Positions 13,268-62,775 of a stretch of DNA of 64,000 nt are shown here, piece by piece (the first letter of the stretch is position 1; the number at the start of each line of letters is the position of its first letter). A program made the translations under genes and the position numbers. The DNA comes from Octopus vulgaris. Lineage: Eukaryota. The stretch covers positions 22,382,001 through 22,446,000 of the forward strand of contig OX597818.1 in NCBI GenBank assembly GCA_951406725.2. Reading direction: 5' to 3'. Below the pieces are notes generated by a model, which worked only from the letters and a program-made list of their open reading frames with translations, was not told the DNA's origin and made no database searches.

Positions 13268-13765
13268 TAACAACAGATGGATTGTGGTTCAATACAGTTG
13301 TTTCAGGCGTGTTTTTTTTTTATTGATGAGCAGGAGTGTTACATCATGCAAAAAGTGTTACATCAGGTGAATACAAGTAAGAATTAAACATTTAGAACTT
13401 CTCAAGAACAAATACATAGTGCCATATCACTCTACTGACCTAAAATCAGTCAGAGAGTGGAGAGTTTAAATTAGCATTAGGTTTATAAAGAGGAACTCGT
13501 TAAAAGGTTCCACTTCCCTCCCCGATCCAGGCCTTTTAACAAGTTCCTTTTCATAAACACGATGCTAACTTAAACTCCCCACTCTCTGACCAAATTTGGG
13601 TCGGTAGAGTTATGTAACACTACGTACTTGTTCTTGAGAAATTCTAAATATTTAATTCTTACCTGATAAAAAAGTTTTCTTTTTCTTTGCATGATATAAC
13701 ACTTATGTTCACCAATAAAAACCATGCCTGAAACAGCTGTAGTGAACCATAATCTATGTTGTTTT
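13268..13765. repeat. Long fold-back inverted repeat (MITE-like), ~230-bp arms and ~24-bp loop
   Basis: Arm 13280-13507 is the reverse complement of 13532-13754, with mostly transition mismatches. Confidence 0.9.
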
Positions 13766-13779
13766 ATATATATATATTA

Positions 13780-13936
13780 TATTTTTCTCTCCTTGTTTTT
13801 TTCTGTGCATCTTTCTGACGAAGAGCGTAGGCTCGAAATGTAAAAAACTTTTTCTATTCCTGAGCGCTATACTAATACATTTGTTTGTTTGTACTCCATC
13901 TGCCTTCGTCTTTTGTTTATTTTCGTAAACTTTCCC

Positions 13937-13938
<2 letters not shown>
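13780..13938 (+). mobile_element. Penelope-like pseudo-LTR fragment (copy 2) with minimal hammerhead-like motif
   Basis: TCTTT-CTGACGA-A-GAGC(GTAG)GCTC-GAAA-TG-TA at 13810-13847. Confidence 0.6.
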
Positions 13939-13968
<30 letters not shown>

Positions 13969-14695
13969 GACACACACACACAGATAACTTTGGAAGTATA
14001 CTTTTGCTACTCTGGGTAACATCAGGAAATATGGCATTACATATAATAATTAGAACTTAACCTGTATTAAATTTATTGATGCTTAAACAAATGAAAAAGA
14101 AACAAAAATTATTACTTAGCAGTCATTTATTCCCTCTTCCTTCCCTCTCTGTCTAATTGATTTTCTCTCTCAGTGTGTGTATGTGCACACACCTGCACAA
14201 CATTGCTTAACTTATTGATTGCCACCAAGCCTAGTATGTACACTCAGCTTGCACTTCTCATGCTAACTCTATATCTTACATTATGATATAAAGTGTGGCT
14301 AGAGCAATCACATACAGAGAAACATATAGAAATGCACATATACTCATACATACATACATACATTTATACATACATACATACATACATACAAACCATTTGC
14401 ACATACATCACTGGATAGAACACTTATGAACAATGGACTTTCCTGATCTTCTATGTTTTCATTTATCAGTGATGTTTTCAGTAAATCTATTTACAAATTT
14501 TCACATCCATGCAGATATGATGACCATTGCACAGATTAATTCTCCATGCACTTTGTGGATAATTAAAAAAGACAGCTTTTGCACATGTATATATTTTTGT
14601 ATATGTGTGTGTATCTATGTATATGTGTATATATATATATATATGTGTGTATGTGTGTGTGTGTGTGTATATATATATGTATATATATATGTGTA

Positions 14696-14776
<81 letters not shown>

Positions 14777-14780
14777 TATA

Positions 14781-15095
14781 TATGATCTCCTGGAGGACGA
14801 ACACCATATCTGTTGTGCTGGTCAGACCTGGCTGCGGACCATGATGTCTGGCACCACACAATCTTTAACGCAGTCAGCAAGTTTGAGGAACAAAGAAGAG
14901 ACACATTTAAAGACAAGAGACACAGGAGGAAGGCACGAGCCGCCTCTGACACCACACCGGATGTTACCTTCGTCTGTGGACACTGCTCATGGACTTGCCT
15001 TTCCCATATCAGAGTTGTCAGTCATGAGTGTGAATGCATGCGACGTGGACAGCCTTCCTGATCTTCGTTTGCGAAGCCAAGCCATGATGATGATA
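14781..15095 (+). mobile_element. 3' fragment of an RTE-type LINE inserted in (TA)n
   Basis: ORF 14813..15061 resembles a LINE ORF2 C-terminus (LAADHDVW...FEEQRR...KRHRRK...FVCGHC...SH..C); ends in (ATG)n. Confidence 0.7.
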
Positions 15096-16519
15096 TATAT
15101 AATATATATATATATATACACACTGGTGTATAAACACAAATGCACACATATATGTGTGTGTGTGTGTTTAATAGAATTTTGGTTACTATTCTGGAACCCA
15201 ATGATTCATGCTGATAGAAACTAGCATTTATTCATCCAGAATTCAAATCACAAATGCCATCCTGCCATGTAATTGATGTCAATTACAACAGCAAAATGTA
15301 GTTTATGATTTGAATTCTGGAAAAATAAAAAAACAAAATAAAGCAGATTGCTGTCAGCATGAAACCTTGGGTTTCAGAAAGACAGCAAAAATTCTATTGA
15401 AAGGTTTTTGTTTATCCACCTTGTTAGTGTTAAGTTTGTCATTATTATCATTATTACCATTATTATTAAGGTGGCAAGCTAGTAGAATCATTAGCACACG
15501 GGACAAAAATGCTTTGCGGTATTTTCCCCATCACTATGTACTGATTTCAACTTTGCCTTTCATCCTTTCGGGGTCGATAAATTAAGTACCAGTGAAACAC
15601 TAGGGTCTATGTAATCGACTTATCTCTTCCCCCAAAATCGCTGTCCTTGTGGCAAAATTTGAAACTATTATTATTATCATTGTGTGTGTGTGTACATATT
15701 TTATATAAGTTTACAAAAATGTATATCTAAAAACAAAGGGAAACATTGTACAGGATAGAAAATTAAAATGATAAAAAGATACGCTTTTAATGCAAGATTT
15801 TAACAGGGATAAAAAAATTAAATGCAAACAAAAAGTGAGAATAATTTCATTTTTTTTATTGTTTTCAGAAATACATTATTGTTCAGTCCTAGCTCAGCCC
15901 TAATTCAGTAGATCTATGATCAAAGACTCTCCATCGGTGAACCCCCGCCTCTTTATTTGTGATAGTGTATCACTGGTTATCCAATATCTTCTTTTTTTTC
16001 TTTAAGATTGCAGTATGTATGATTTGAGGGAGATATGGATGATCTAGAGAGAACAAGCAACAATATGTTCACTTGTTAGCTTGCATAGCCAATATATACA
16101 CACATACATAATACATGTATGCATATATAGGATATATATATATATATATGTATGCATGTATATATATATATGTGTGTGTGTATCTATCTATCTATATATA
16201 TATATATATTGATATAGGATACTGTAGTTTTTCATTAACTCCAAGTGAACAAAGATCAAGGAGAACTATGATCAAGGGGACTCCAGCAGTGATCCTCTGT
16301 CAATTATTTCGGACATTGTATGTCTAGGATTACATTACAGAATGTGCCATTCCTACTTTTAAGATAGCAGGGTGAGTTGAAAGCAATTTTTTTTAGCTGC
16401 CTTTACTAGCAGATCGGTCAACAAAGCAAAAGCTCCTTCAATTACTTTTGTGACTGTTGGTTTAAATTGCAAAACAAAACAAACAAATAAAATATCTCAT
16501 CATGTACGAGAGTGTATGT

Positions 16520-16628
<109 letters not shown>

Positions 16629-16657
16629 TATACAAATATATATATATATATATATAC

Positions 16658-16701
<44 letters not shown>

Positions 16702-17925
16702 CAAGGGTTGGACAAAATAATGGAAACTCCTGGCATCATAATTTTGAAATATCTATAAAACTGTCAAAAACTTGTTTCTTTTTTTGTTTTTTGATTTATT
16801 ATTAGTGTTGATTAATAATATGTTTTGCTAAAATTGCAGTTTCTTTCCAGATATCAGAAAAAGGCAATTAAAATTCATTAAAATGACAGATCTATTGGAC
16901 TTTCATAGAGGTCAAATTGTTGGTGCTCATTTGGCAGGTGCTAGCGTAATGAAAATAGCCAAAATGTTTTGTGTATTAAGAAGTACTGCCTTGAAAGTAA
17001 TGACAGCCTTTGAGAAAGAGGGATAAACCTCCTCGTCAAAACAAAATTCCGGAAGAAAGCCAAAACTTTCAGATAGCGACTGTCAGACTCTTACGTGAAT
17101 TGTTAGAAAGGATCACAAAAGTACAGCTCCCAAAATTACTGCAGAGCTTAATGATCACCTTGAGAACCCAGTTTCCACAAAAACTGTTTGCCAGGAGCTG
17201 CACAAAGCCAGATTTCATGGGAGGGCTGCAATTAGAAAACCACTACTTTCAAAAACAAATGTTGCAAAGCATTTAGAGTGGAGTAAAAACCTACAGAATT
17301 GGTCTCTAGAGCAGTGGAAGAATGTTATTTTCATGGATGAGTCATCCTTTACCTTATTTCCGACCACCGGCCGAGTATATGTGTGGAGACAGCCAAAAGA
17401 GGCACTTGATCCAGACTGCTTTCTTTCAACTGTTAAACATGGAGGAGGATCTGGGTGGGGGCTACATCTTGGAAATCTCCCAGCTCAATGGTTTCCCTTC
17501 ATGGCAGAATTAATAGTCAAGACTATTTAAGCGTTTTATCAGATCAAATTCATCCTATGGTTGTGGAACTGTTTCTGGAGGGAAACACAATCTTTCTGGA
17601 TGATAATGCACCAATTCACACAGCTAAAGTTGTTACTGAATGGCATGAGGAACATTCTAGTGAAGTTGAACATCTTAACTGGCCAACACAGTCTCTAGAT
17701 CTGAATATTATTGAACATTGATGGTGCATTTTACAAAAACAAGTAAGGAGCCGATATCCTCCATCATCATCACTACAAGAACTAGAGACTGTTTTAGCTA
17801 AAGAATGGACAAAAATTCCTTTGGAAACAAATCAAACTTTGTATGAGTCCACACCTCATAGAATTCAAGCTGTAATAAATTTGTTTGAAATTTTAAGGTA
17901 TTTCCATTATTTTGTCCAACCCCTG
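16702..17925 (+). mobile_element. Decayed Tc1-family DNA transposon inserted in (TA)n
   Basis: TIRs CAAGGGTTGGACAAAATAATGGAAA / TTTCCATTATTTTGTCCAACCCCTG with TA TSD. Transposase starts at ATG 16883; triad motifs FMDES, DDNAPIH, DLNIIEH; stops and frameshifts present. Confidence 0.93.
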
Positions 17926-17962
17926 TACATATATATATATATACATATATATATATACATAC

Positions 17963-18009
<47 letters not shown>

Positions 18010-18025
18010 CATATATACATACATA

Positions 18026-18103
<78 letters not shown>

Positions 18104-19753
18104 CATGCATGTATGAATTATTAAAGAATTTGCCTCATGATTATAGGTTCCAGTTGTATTTTAAGGCAAGCAATATGGTTGACCCAAACCAAGCATTCTG
18201 ATGGAAACTATGAGGAAGCTCATTGAATGGAGTACATTGGTAATTGAAAAAGGCAAGCCTTGTTGCACATTGTGTCCGGCTGATTCTACTAGGGGATACA
18301 CTAAGTATACAAAGGTCTGTGGAATACTCAGTCATTCACAGATAATAATTCAATGAGTAGATACACGGATTGAGCATAGAAATGGAGCTATTCATTGGCA
18401 AAACTGACATAGATCCTTTTCATTTTACTTTATATACGAGAGACATTTATGGAGTCTCTAATATAACAGTTCTGAATATACATTTCAATGAACCTTTCTT
18501 GTGTTTTTCCATGTATGAATTGTATTTTTTTTCAGTGTGTGAAAATCTGTTTTCTGTTTTTAATATATTCAAAATTTTCGTTCACTTTACCTCTTACTCT
18601 CATGTAGAACAAAAACAAAAAAAAATCATATTCAAATATGTTTGTTTTGTTTTTAAAAAAATGATTTAAAAAATTTATTGAATCCTTTTTTTAAATATTC
18701 AAATTGTTTTTCTCACTTTTTAATTTTTTTTTAAAATTATGAATGTAATTTTTTTCCATAGCAAATTGAAGTCCAAATATGCTTCTGTTACAAAAAAAAA
18801 AAAAAGAAAAAAAATGTCTGAAATAATTATTTTATTATTAAGTTTTTCTCTCAGATGTATCATTATTTACAATATTATTAATATTATTTCCAAAATGTAA
18901 AATAAAAAACAAAAAATAAAATGCAAAAAAACAAAAATTTGTATTTCCCCAAAGATAAAACTATTATTATTATTATAGTGGCAGATTGGTATAATTGTTA
19001 GACTTTGTGGTAATTCTTCTGGTTCTTTATGTTTTGAGTTCAAGTTCCAATGAGACCAAAAAAAGCCATTGCTGACAACACATATTCTGCTAAACTCTAC
19101 CAACTTACTGTGAAATGCTCTCTTATATATGACATATATACATATGTATATATAGATATTTAATAAAGATCATAATTTTAAGCCTAGTTTAAACAAAATG
19201 GAGCACTTACAGATATGGTATCATAGTAGTGAGGGTCAAATTTTTCAAAATCCATGTTGCTTGGGACTATATATATATATAAATTAATATAAGCAGCTAC
19301 ATGCAAGATAAAACCATAAAGTGAACATTTAATTGCCACTAATTGTGACTAAGGGTGCCAAATAGCACCTATATTGCTAAAAATAAAAGTTAAAACCCTT
19401 AAAACTATGTAAGTGTACATACATACATACGTATATATACGTGCACACACACACACAGGGGAGATAACCGCTCATGAACAAAGCTGGAAAATTACCTAGA
19501 CTAGAAAAATTTCTCCTGTTAATCGTAGACTCATCAGCAGTGTCTATCCTCATTGCTAAGATATTCAGCACCATCAGTCACAATTAGTGAAGATCTATAT
19601 GTATGTATGTGTGTGTGTGTGTGTACACACACATACATGCAAAGAAATAAAATAACTCACGAGACATTTTCATGCTACACAGTTTGTCGTCATGTTAGAT
19701 CAGGTAATATTGAGATGATACTTGATTGAGTAGATCAATGAGAAACTTTAAGC

Positions 19754-19784
<31 letters not shown>

Positions 19785-20494
19785 GAGGCGCAATGGCCAA
19801 GTGGTTAGGGCAGCGGACTTGAGGTCGTAGGATCACGGTTGTGATCCCCAGACTGGCCGTTGCGAGTGTTTATTGAGTGAAAACACCTAAAGCTCCACGA
19901 GGCTCCGGCAGGGGGTGGTGGCGACCCCTGCTGTACTCTTTCGCCACAACTTTCTCTCACTCTTTCTTCTGTTGGCCTGCTCGCTTAGCCAGCGGGATGG
20001 TGTGATTTGAAGGCTAAAACAATGCGAAGCGCATTGTGACCAGTGATGTGTAGCAACATCTGATAGCCTGGTCAGTCATGTTGATATATATATATAGTTA
20101 TATATATATATGTTTTATTTATGGGTTGAGACTACCATTTGTTTCATGTTATTCTTTTTTTCTTTTACTTGTTTCAGTCATTTGACTGAGGCCATACTGG
20201 AGCACCACCTTAGAGGGTTTTAACTGAAGAAATCGACCCCAGAACTTATTCTTTGTAAGCCTAGTACTTATTCTATCAGTCTCTCTTGCCAAACTGCTAA
20301 GTTACGGTGACACAAACATCAGTTGTCAAGTGATGGTGGTAGGAAGGGGACAAACACAGATACATAAATACGTATATCCATATTTGGTGGGCTTTTTTCA
20401 ATTTCCATCTACCAAATCCATTCACATATATATATTTCGTTTTTGGATTTAGTTTGCCAGATTCTTTAGGTGTGTTCGTGTGTTGAAGCATATT

Positions 20495-20752
20495 CTGTTG
20501 TGTCTGGGGAAAGTCATTCTCTTTTAGTGCCTTATAATTTAACACACTCACGGGTAAAATTTCTGCTTATTTCTTTTCTATTTTTCTAAAATTTTCGTTG
20601 TCTTACAAAGTATTCAATAGTCAAAACTGTTGAAAAGGTTGCAAGATGCAACGAAAATTTTAGGAAAATAAAATAGAAATAAGTGGAAATTTTACTGGTG
20701 AGTATGTTAAATTAAAAGGCGCTAAAAGAATGACTCTCCCCAGACACAACAG
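20495..20752. repeat. Palindromic MITE-like element
   Basis: CTGTTGTGTCTGGGGAAAGTCATTCT... is the reverse complement of ...AGAATGACTCTCCCCAGACACAACAG; internally deleted relative at ~43584-43768. Confidence 0.85.
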
Positions 20753-20774
20753 TGTATATATACATACATATATA

Positions 20775-21172
20775 TCTATATATATAAAGCTGAAGTTGTC
20801 TGTGTGTGGCAGGTTTGGTAGCCTTCAACTAACACTATCTTCTCCGAGACCCTGTGGCACAAGTTGACCAAAATTGAGAGCATGATAGAAGGCTTGCTCT
20901 TCATTCTGTAGAAGATAAAATTCAAATCGGACCATGTTAAGACCAAAAATTATTTACATCAAAAAGGTTACTTTTTTTTCTATGAAAATCCCTATTTTTT
21001 ACAATTTTTTTATTGCTGTGTCACCATTTTTCGGTGCATTTTAACCAGAAAAATGTTCACTTAAAGAGAATAACAAGGTACATAATGCAAAATTTTTACT
21101 TTTCAAAAATTCCAGTTCTAAAGGGTCGAAACAAACCCGAGCAACACCAGGCGATATAAATTTGCTGACTAG
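20775..21172 (+). mobile_element. Non-autonomous Helitron-like element
   Basis: 5' TCTATATATATAAA; 3' AAACCCGAGCAAC.CC.GGCGATA, similar to the 45658-46050 copy. Confidence 0.55.
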
Positions 21173-21337
21173 AACCAATCTAAGGGCAACAATCTATCCC
21201 ACCTAATGCTCGGACAATATATATATTTTTACAAAATTAACTGACTAACATTTTTCTATTTCCATTTTGATGAGCTGTCTATAAGGCTAAGCACTTTATG
21301 GCCGCGAAACCATAGTTCACTCTCTGATTGGCCATAT

Positions 21338-21554
21338 TTCTTTACTACCCACAAGGGGCTAAACAAGGACAGACAAAAGGATTAAGTTTATTACATCGAC
21401 CCCAGTGCATAACTGGTACTTATTTAATCGACCCTGAAAGGATGAAAGGCAAAGTCGACCTCGGCGGAATTTGAACTCAGAACGTAACGGCAGACGAAAT
21501 ACGTCTACGCATTTCGCCCGGCGTGTTAATGATTCTGCCAGCTCACCGCCTTTA
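21338..21554 (-). mobile_element. Full-length copy of the dominant SINE family
   Basis: Core GGATGAAAGGCAAAGTCGACCTCGGCGGAATTTGAACTCAGAAC; 13-bp TSD TGATTGGCCATAT. Confidence 0.85.
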
Positions 21555-22629
21555 TGATTGGCCATATAATTAACTTCCTATAAATATATATGAACTTTAG
21601 GTTAGTTAAAATATGTTTGTGACATTGTTTAACTTCAAAAGGCAAATTCACTGCAGTTAAACTCCATATCTGCCAAGTGTACACATAAATACAACAGACT
21701 CATATGTATATACAGCTGTAGTTTTAGGCACCATGATGGGACAAAATACATATCACTTTGAGATACAGCAGCAGTGATAAAGATAACACCAGAGAGAGAG
21801 AGAGAGTAGTTGTAAATAGGTACCACAGTGAATGGTAACAATAAAACAAGTATACAGAAAAGTATGCGATGGCTCATGGTTTAATGGTTAGTGGGGATTC
21901 ACTCACGACTGTAAGGCCATGAGCTTGATTCCTGTTGGCGCATTGTGTCCTGGAGTATGACACTTTATTTCACATTGCCTCACTCCACTCAGCTGGCAAA
22001 AATGAGTAGTACCCATATTTCAAAAGGCCAGCCTTGTCACACTGAACCTCTCTGTGGACTACTCAGACATTTACAGATAGATATTTTACTTGCACATTAA
22101 TTTCATAAGCAGGCTGTTCTATTGATTGGATCAACTGGAACCATCATCGTCATAAGCAATGGAGTGACAGTTTTTTTTTAACATGAAAAGTACAACATTG
22201 TAGAATTAATAACCGGTTTTGTTTTTTTTTTCCCTCACCTATTATCTTACAGTATTAAGCTCAGATAAACTAAATCTTCAAATGGTCTGAGAGGATTATA
22301 GAAACAGCACATTATTATTGTTGTTGCTGTTATTACAATGGAAGTAAGTGAACTACTAGACTAAAAATGCATTGCATTTTATGTAGTTATAAACCTTTTT
22401 TATTTTGAATTTTTACTCCTACTGAGATTAGCTCTACTTTCATGACTTCAGGAGTCATTAAAATACTGGTTGTCCACTGCGATAAATAACAACCCCCCAC
22501 CATCTAAATTAGTGGTTTCATGCTAATGTTTCAATTCAGAATATAAGGATATTAAACTAAATATCACGATATTTTGTTAGCCACTCTAATGATCCAAGTA
22601 ATCATCACCTTAAAACATAATAATAATAA

Positions 22630-23750
22630 TGGTTTAAAATTTTGGTAGAAGGCCAGTAATTTCGGGGGAGGGGTAAGTTGATTATATCAACCCCAGTGCT
22701 CAGCTAGTACTTATTTTATCAACCCCGAAAGGATGAAGGGCAAAGTCGACCTCAGCAGGATTTGAACTCAGACCTAAAGACGAATGAAATACTACTAAGT
22801 ATTTCACCAAGCGCAGTAACGATCCTGCTAGCTCACTGCCTTAATAATAATAATTATTTCTACTATTGGCACAAGGAATGAAATTTTGTGGGGAGGGGTA
22901 AGCCAATTACATCAACCTTAGTGCTCAGCTGGTACTTATTTTGTCAATCCTGGAAATATGAAAGGCAATGTTTATACCATGGCAGCATTTGAACTCAGAA
23001 TGTAAAGAGCTGGAAGAAATGCTGCTAACATTTTGCCTGCAGTGGAAAAGATTCTGCCAGTTCACCACCTTAATAATAATAATAATCCTTTCTACTTAAG
23101 GCACAAAGCCTGGAATTTTGTGGGCAGGGACTTGTTGGTTACATTGATCCCAGTGTTTCACTGGTACTTAATTTATCAGCCCTGAAAGGCCAAGTTGACC
23201 TTGGTGGAATTTGAACTCAGAACATAAAGACGGACAAATTGCTGCTAAACATTTTGCCTGGTGTGCTAACGATTCTGCCAGCTCGCCACCTTAATAATAA
23301 TAATAATCCTTTCTACTATAGGCACAAGACCTGGAATTTGTGGGGAGGGATATAGTCAATCACATTGACCTTAGTACTTGACTGGCGCTTATATCGACCA
23401 CAAAAGGATGAAAGACAAAGTTGACCTCAGCAGAATTTGAACTCAGAATGTAGTGGCAGACAAAATACAGCTAAGCATTTCATCTAGTGTGCTAATGATT
23501 CTGCCAGTTCACTGCATAAATAATAAGGATAATAATATTAATAATAATTATTTCTACTATAGGCACAAGACCTAGCAGGCTAGTCGATTATATCAATCCC
23601 AGTGCATAACTGGTACTTATTCCATTGACTCCAAAAGGATGAAAAGCAAAGTTGACCTTGGCGGAATTTGAACTCAGAACGTAGCAGCAGATGAAATACC
23701 GCTAAGCATTTCACTCAGAGTGCTAATAATTCTGTCAGCTCGCCATGTTA

Positions 23751-23792
<42 letters not shown>

Positions 23793-24160
23793 TCTTTCTA
23801 ATTTTGGCTTAAGGCCAATAATTTTAGGGGTGGAGAAAATTTGAAAACATCGATCTCAATTCTTGACTTACTTTATTTTATTGATTCCAAAAAGATGAAA
23901 AGCCAAGTTGTCCTTGGTGGGATTTGAACACAGATCATAATAATAATATTGGTTTCAAATTTTGACAAAAGGCCAGTAATTTTTGGAGGAGGGGGTACAT
24001 CGACCCCAGTGTTCAACTGGTACTTATTTTATTGAGCCTAAAAAGTATGAAAGGCAAAGTCAACTTTGGCAGAATTTGAATTCAGAATGCGAAGATGGAT
24101 GAAATGCCACAAAGAATTTTGCCTGGCATGCTAACAATTCTACCAGTTCATCACCTTAAA
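22630..24160 (-). repeat. Head-to-tail array of ~7 SINE copies separated by (TAA)n
   Basis: ~210-240-bp units starting near 22630, 22858, 23087, 23307, 23550, 23793 and 23950. Confidence 0.88.
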
Positions 24161-25235
24161 TCATGATAATAATATTAATAATAAAAATCAAAACAATTCA
24201 TATGAAGATTTTATCATGACGTCATCTAACAGTGCTTTAACAGCACTGATCAATCACACCGAATTGTCCTATTTTTTTTCTTCAATTCTTTAAATATGCA
24301 AGTCTTGATACCATTATGTGCACACACATATAGGTGTGTGTATGCACATATGAGTGTGTGAACATGTATGTAAACTTATAAATTCATTAATATGATAACA
24401 CTAGCAGGAGGAATTTATCCATCAATCAATTTTGTGATCATGTCAAGTTACTGCTCACTCAGTGACTGACCAGTAAGCTAGTCAGTTGGTAGGTCACCAT
24501 TAAAAATTTGATAGGAGTGGTGGGTTGGTGGGTTACTAGATGAAAGCAGTTCAATTTCCTTTATTTTGGTCACAAGGATATAACTGCTATTATGATGATG
24601 GCAGCAGTAGTAGTGATGATAATAGCAGAGGTTATGGTGACAGTACTAGTAGAAGTGGTATTAGTAGTGGTGGTGGTGGTAAGTAGTTGTCATGATAATG
24701 GTAGTCATTGTGGAAATAATGGTACATGCTGTTATCATGGTGGTGGAGGTTGTCTAGATATGTTCTGAATCCAGTAAGGCCAAACACACTGTCTTACCAT
24801 TCTAATGAATTCAAAAATCAATTGTTGTTTATAATTATGATTTTGTCACTTTAGCATCAGGCCTCAAATTGTACCCCATCACTTGACTGCTACATTATTT
24901 TTTTGGACCCTAGAAGGATGAAAGGCAAAGCTGACCTCAGTGGGATTTAAACTTAGTGGCAGCTGTAGTAGTAGTTGTAGCAGCAGCAGTTGTAGTAGAA
25001 ATAGTTGTAGTAAAAATAATAATAATAATGGTTTCAAATTTTGGTACAAAGCCAGTAATTTTAGGGGTAGAGTAAGTCAATTACATTGACTCCGGTATTT
25101 GACTGATTTTTATTTTACTGACCCAGAAAGAATGAAAGGCAAAGTCAACTTTGGTGGAATTTGAACTCAGAACATTTTTAGCCAATGCACAAACAATTCT
25201 GCCAACTCTGTACCTTAATAATAATAATAATAATA

Positions 25236-25268
<33 letters not shown>

Positions 25269-26976
25269 ATAATATAAATAATAAGATTATAATATAAATA
25301 ATAAGAATTTCTTTACTTTTTAATTAGAATAATTATTTATGGCAACAAAAGTGAATAGCTATGTAGGCTGGGGGGGAGGTATCTGAGTAGGTAAATATGA
25401 AAAAAAAAAAAAAAAGAAAAAAGGAAAAAGGAGGCAAAGATCCATGAAGGTATGTGTAGGCAGACAGTTGATAATGTAACTGTGTGAGATGGATGAACAA
25501 TTGAAAAGCTGTGTTGGATGCATGGGTAATTATATTGGAAATGAATGTGAGATTAAATGGGTGTGAGGCTGGCTGAGTAGCAAAACATGCAAGCAGATGA
25601 ATGTTGGTAGTCAGCTGGAAGTGGGATATGTAACAATGGTGTATAAGAGGAGATTACAAAGGAAATTGTATAAGATGGGCAAGTAGTTGTCTGTGTGTAT
25701 AGGTAGGTAAGCTTGTTGCAAATGAAAAAAAAAAAAATAATGAAGAAAATTACATAATGCATCATCATATAAGATGAATTTTAAAATTCTTAATGAAATT
25801 ATATTTCAAATATTTCTAGCTTGAAACAACCCCCAAATTATATCAGAGCAACATTTAAAAAGATTATCTTACATAATATATATATATGCATGTGTGTACT
25901 GGAAACTGAAAATTTCTCAAATCATTGCATCATGTTTCTTGTTTCCAGTCTTTAGACAAAAGGAAGAAACTAGAACGTTTGGAAGATAATTAAAGGTAAC
26001 TATAAACAAATAAAAAGAAATCAAAATGAATATATGAATATATACACACACACATACACAAATATATATATACATACATAAATTGATATGTATAAGCATA
26101 TGTATATATATATATATATATATATATTTATGTATATATCATATATATATTTATAATATGTGTGAGTGCATGCGTGTGAGCATAAAAATTTATATAATAT
26201 ATATATTACATAACACTCCATGGAACATATGAATTTATTAATTCTATACAAGAAAGTATTTGCAGTTTTGTTCTAAAACAAAGCTTTGAGATGGTTATAA
26301 CTATTTTAAAGAGGACATTGGAGTCTGACTCCTGAAGCCTTGTAATTTAAACTTGGTTGGGTCTCATCCAGTGCCAGTATAGTCGTACAATCAGAAACAT
26401 TTGAGTCCCCCCTTCCAATCTGACTATTTATATATTTTACTACATGGTTCTGGCAGCATGGAAACTGAATGAGAGCTAGCAAAAATTGAACCCAAAATCT
26501 CTCAGTTGTCAGATGGTTTATGTTTTTCTCTATAAAAAATAGATGGCTGCTATAACCCCCAAAATTATTTTAGAAGACTAGAAATATTATATTTGTCAAA
26601 TTCATTATCTGGAGAGAAGTGGGTGTGGGCAGGGTTGGTAGCTGGTAAAGGAAGGAGAGAAAGAAAGAAGGAAATAGAGAATGAAAAAGAAAGTAAGAGA
26701 GAGGAGGAAACACAAAGGGTGGGGTATGTGTGCTGGGGATGGTGTCTATCCATCAATGAGAAAATAATTATATATTCTATTGTTTGACCTCCTCACCACC
26801 ACCTCTACCACCACCATCTTCCTCTTTTCCTTCACCACCAATTCCACCACCCTCCACTTCAACCCTCTACAACACACTGAGGTGTTGTATTGTTTCTATT
26901 GTTTTTTTTCCACTTTTTCCACTTATTTTTAATTTTTGATTTATTTAGTTATTATTTTTTTTTTGTTTTGCAATAT

Positions 26977-62775
<35,799 letters not shown>

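Noticed and set aside
19783-19860. tRNA-like sequence (also ~2290-2358, ~39750-39819, ~62140-62210)
   Set aside because: SINE heads continuous with SINE bodies; no convincing cloverleaf
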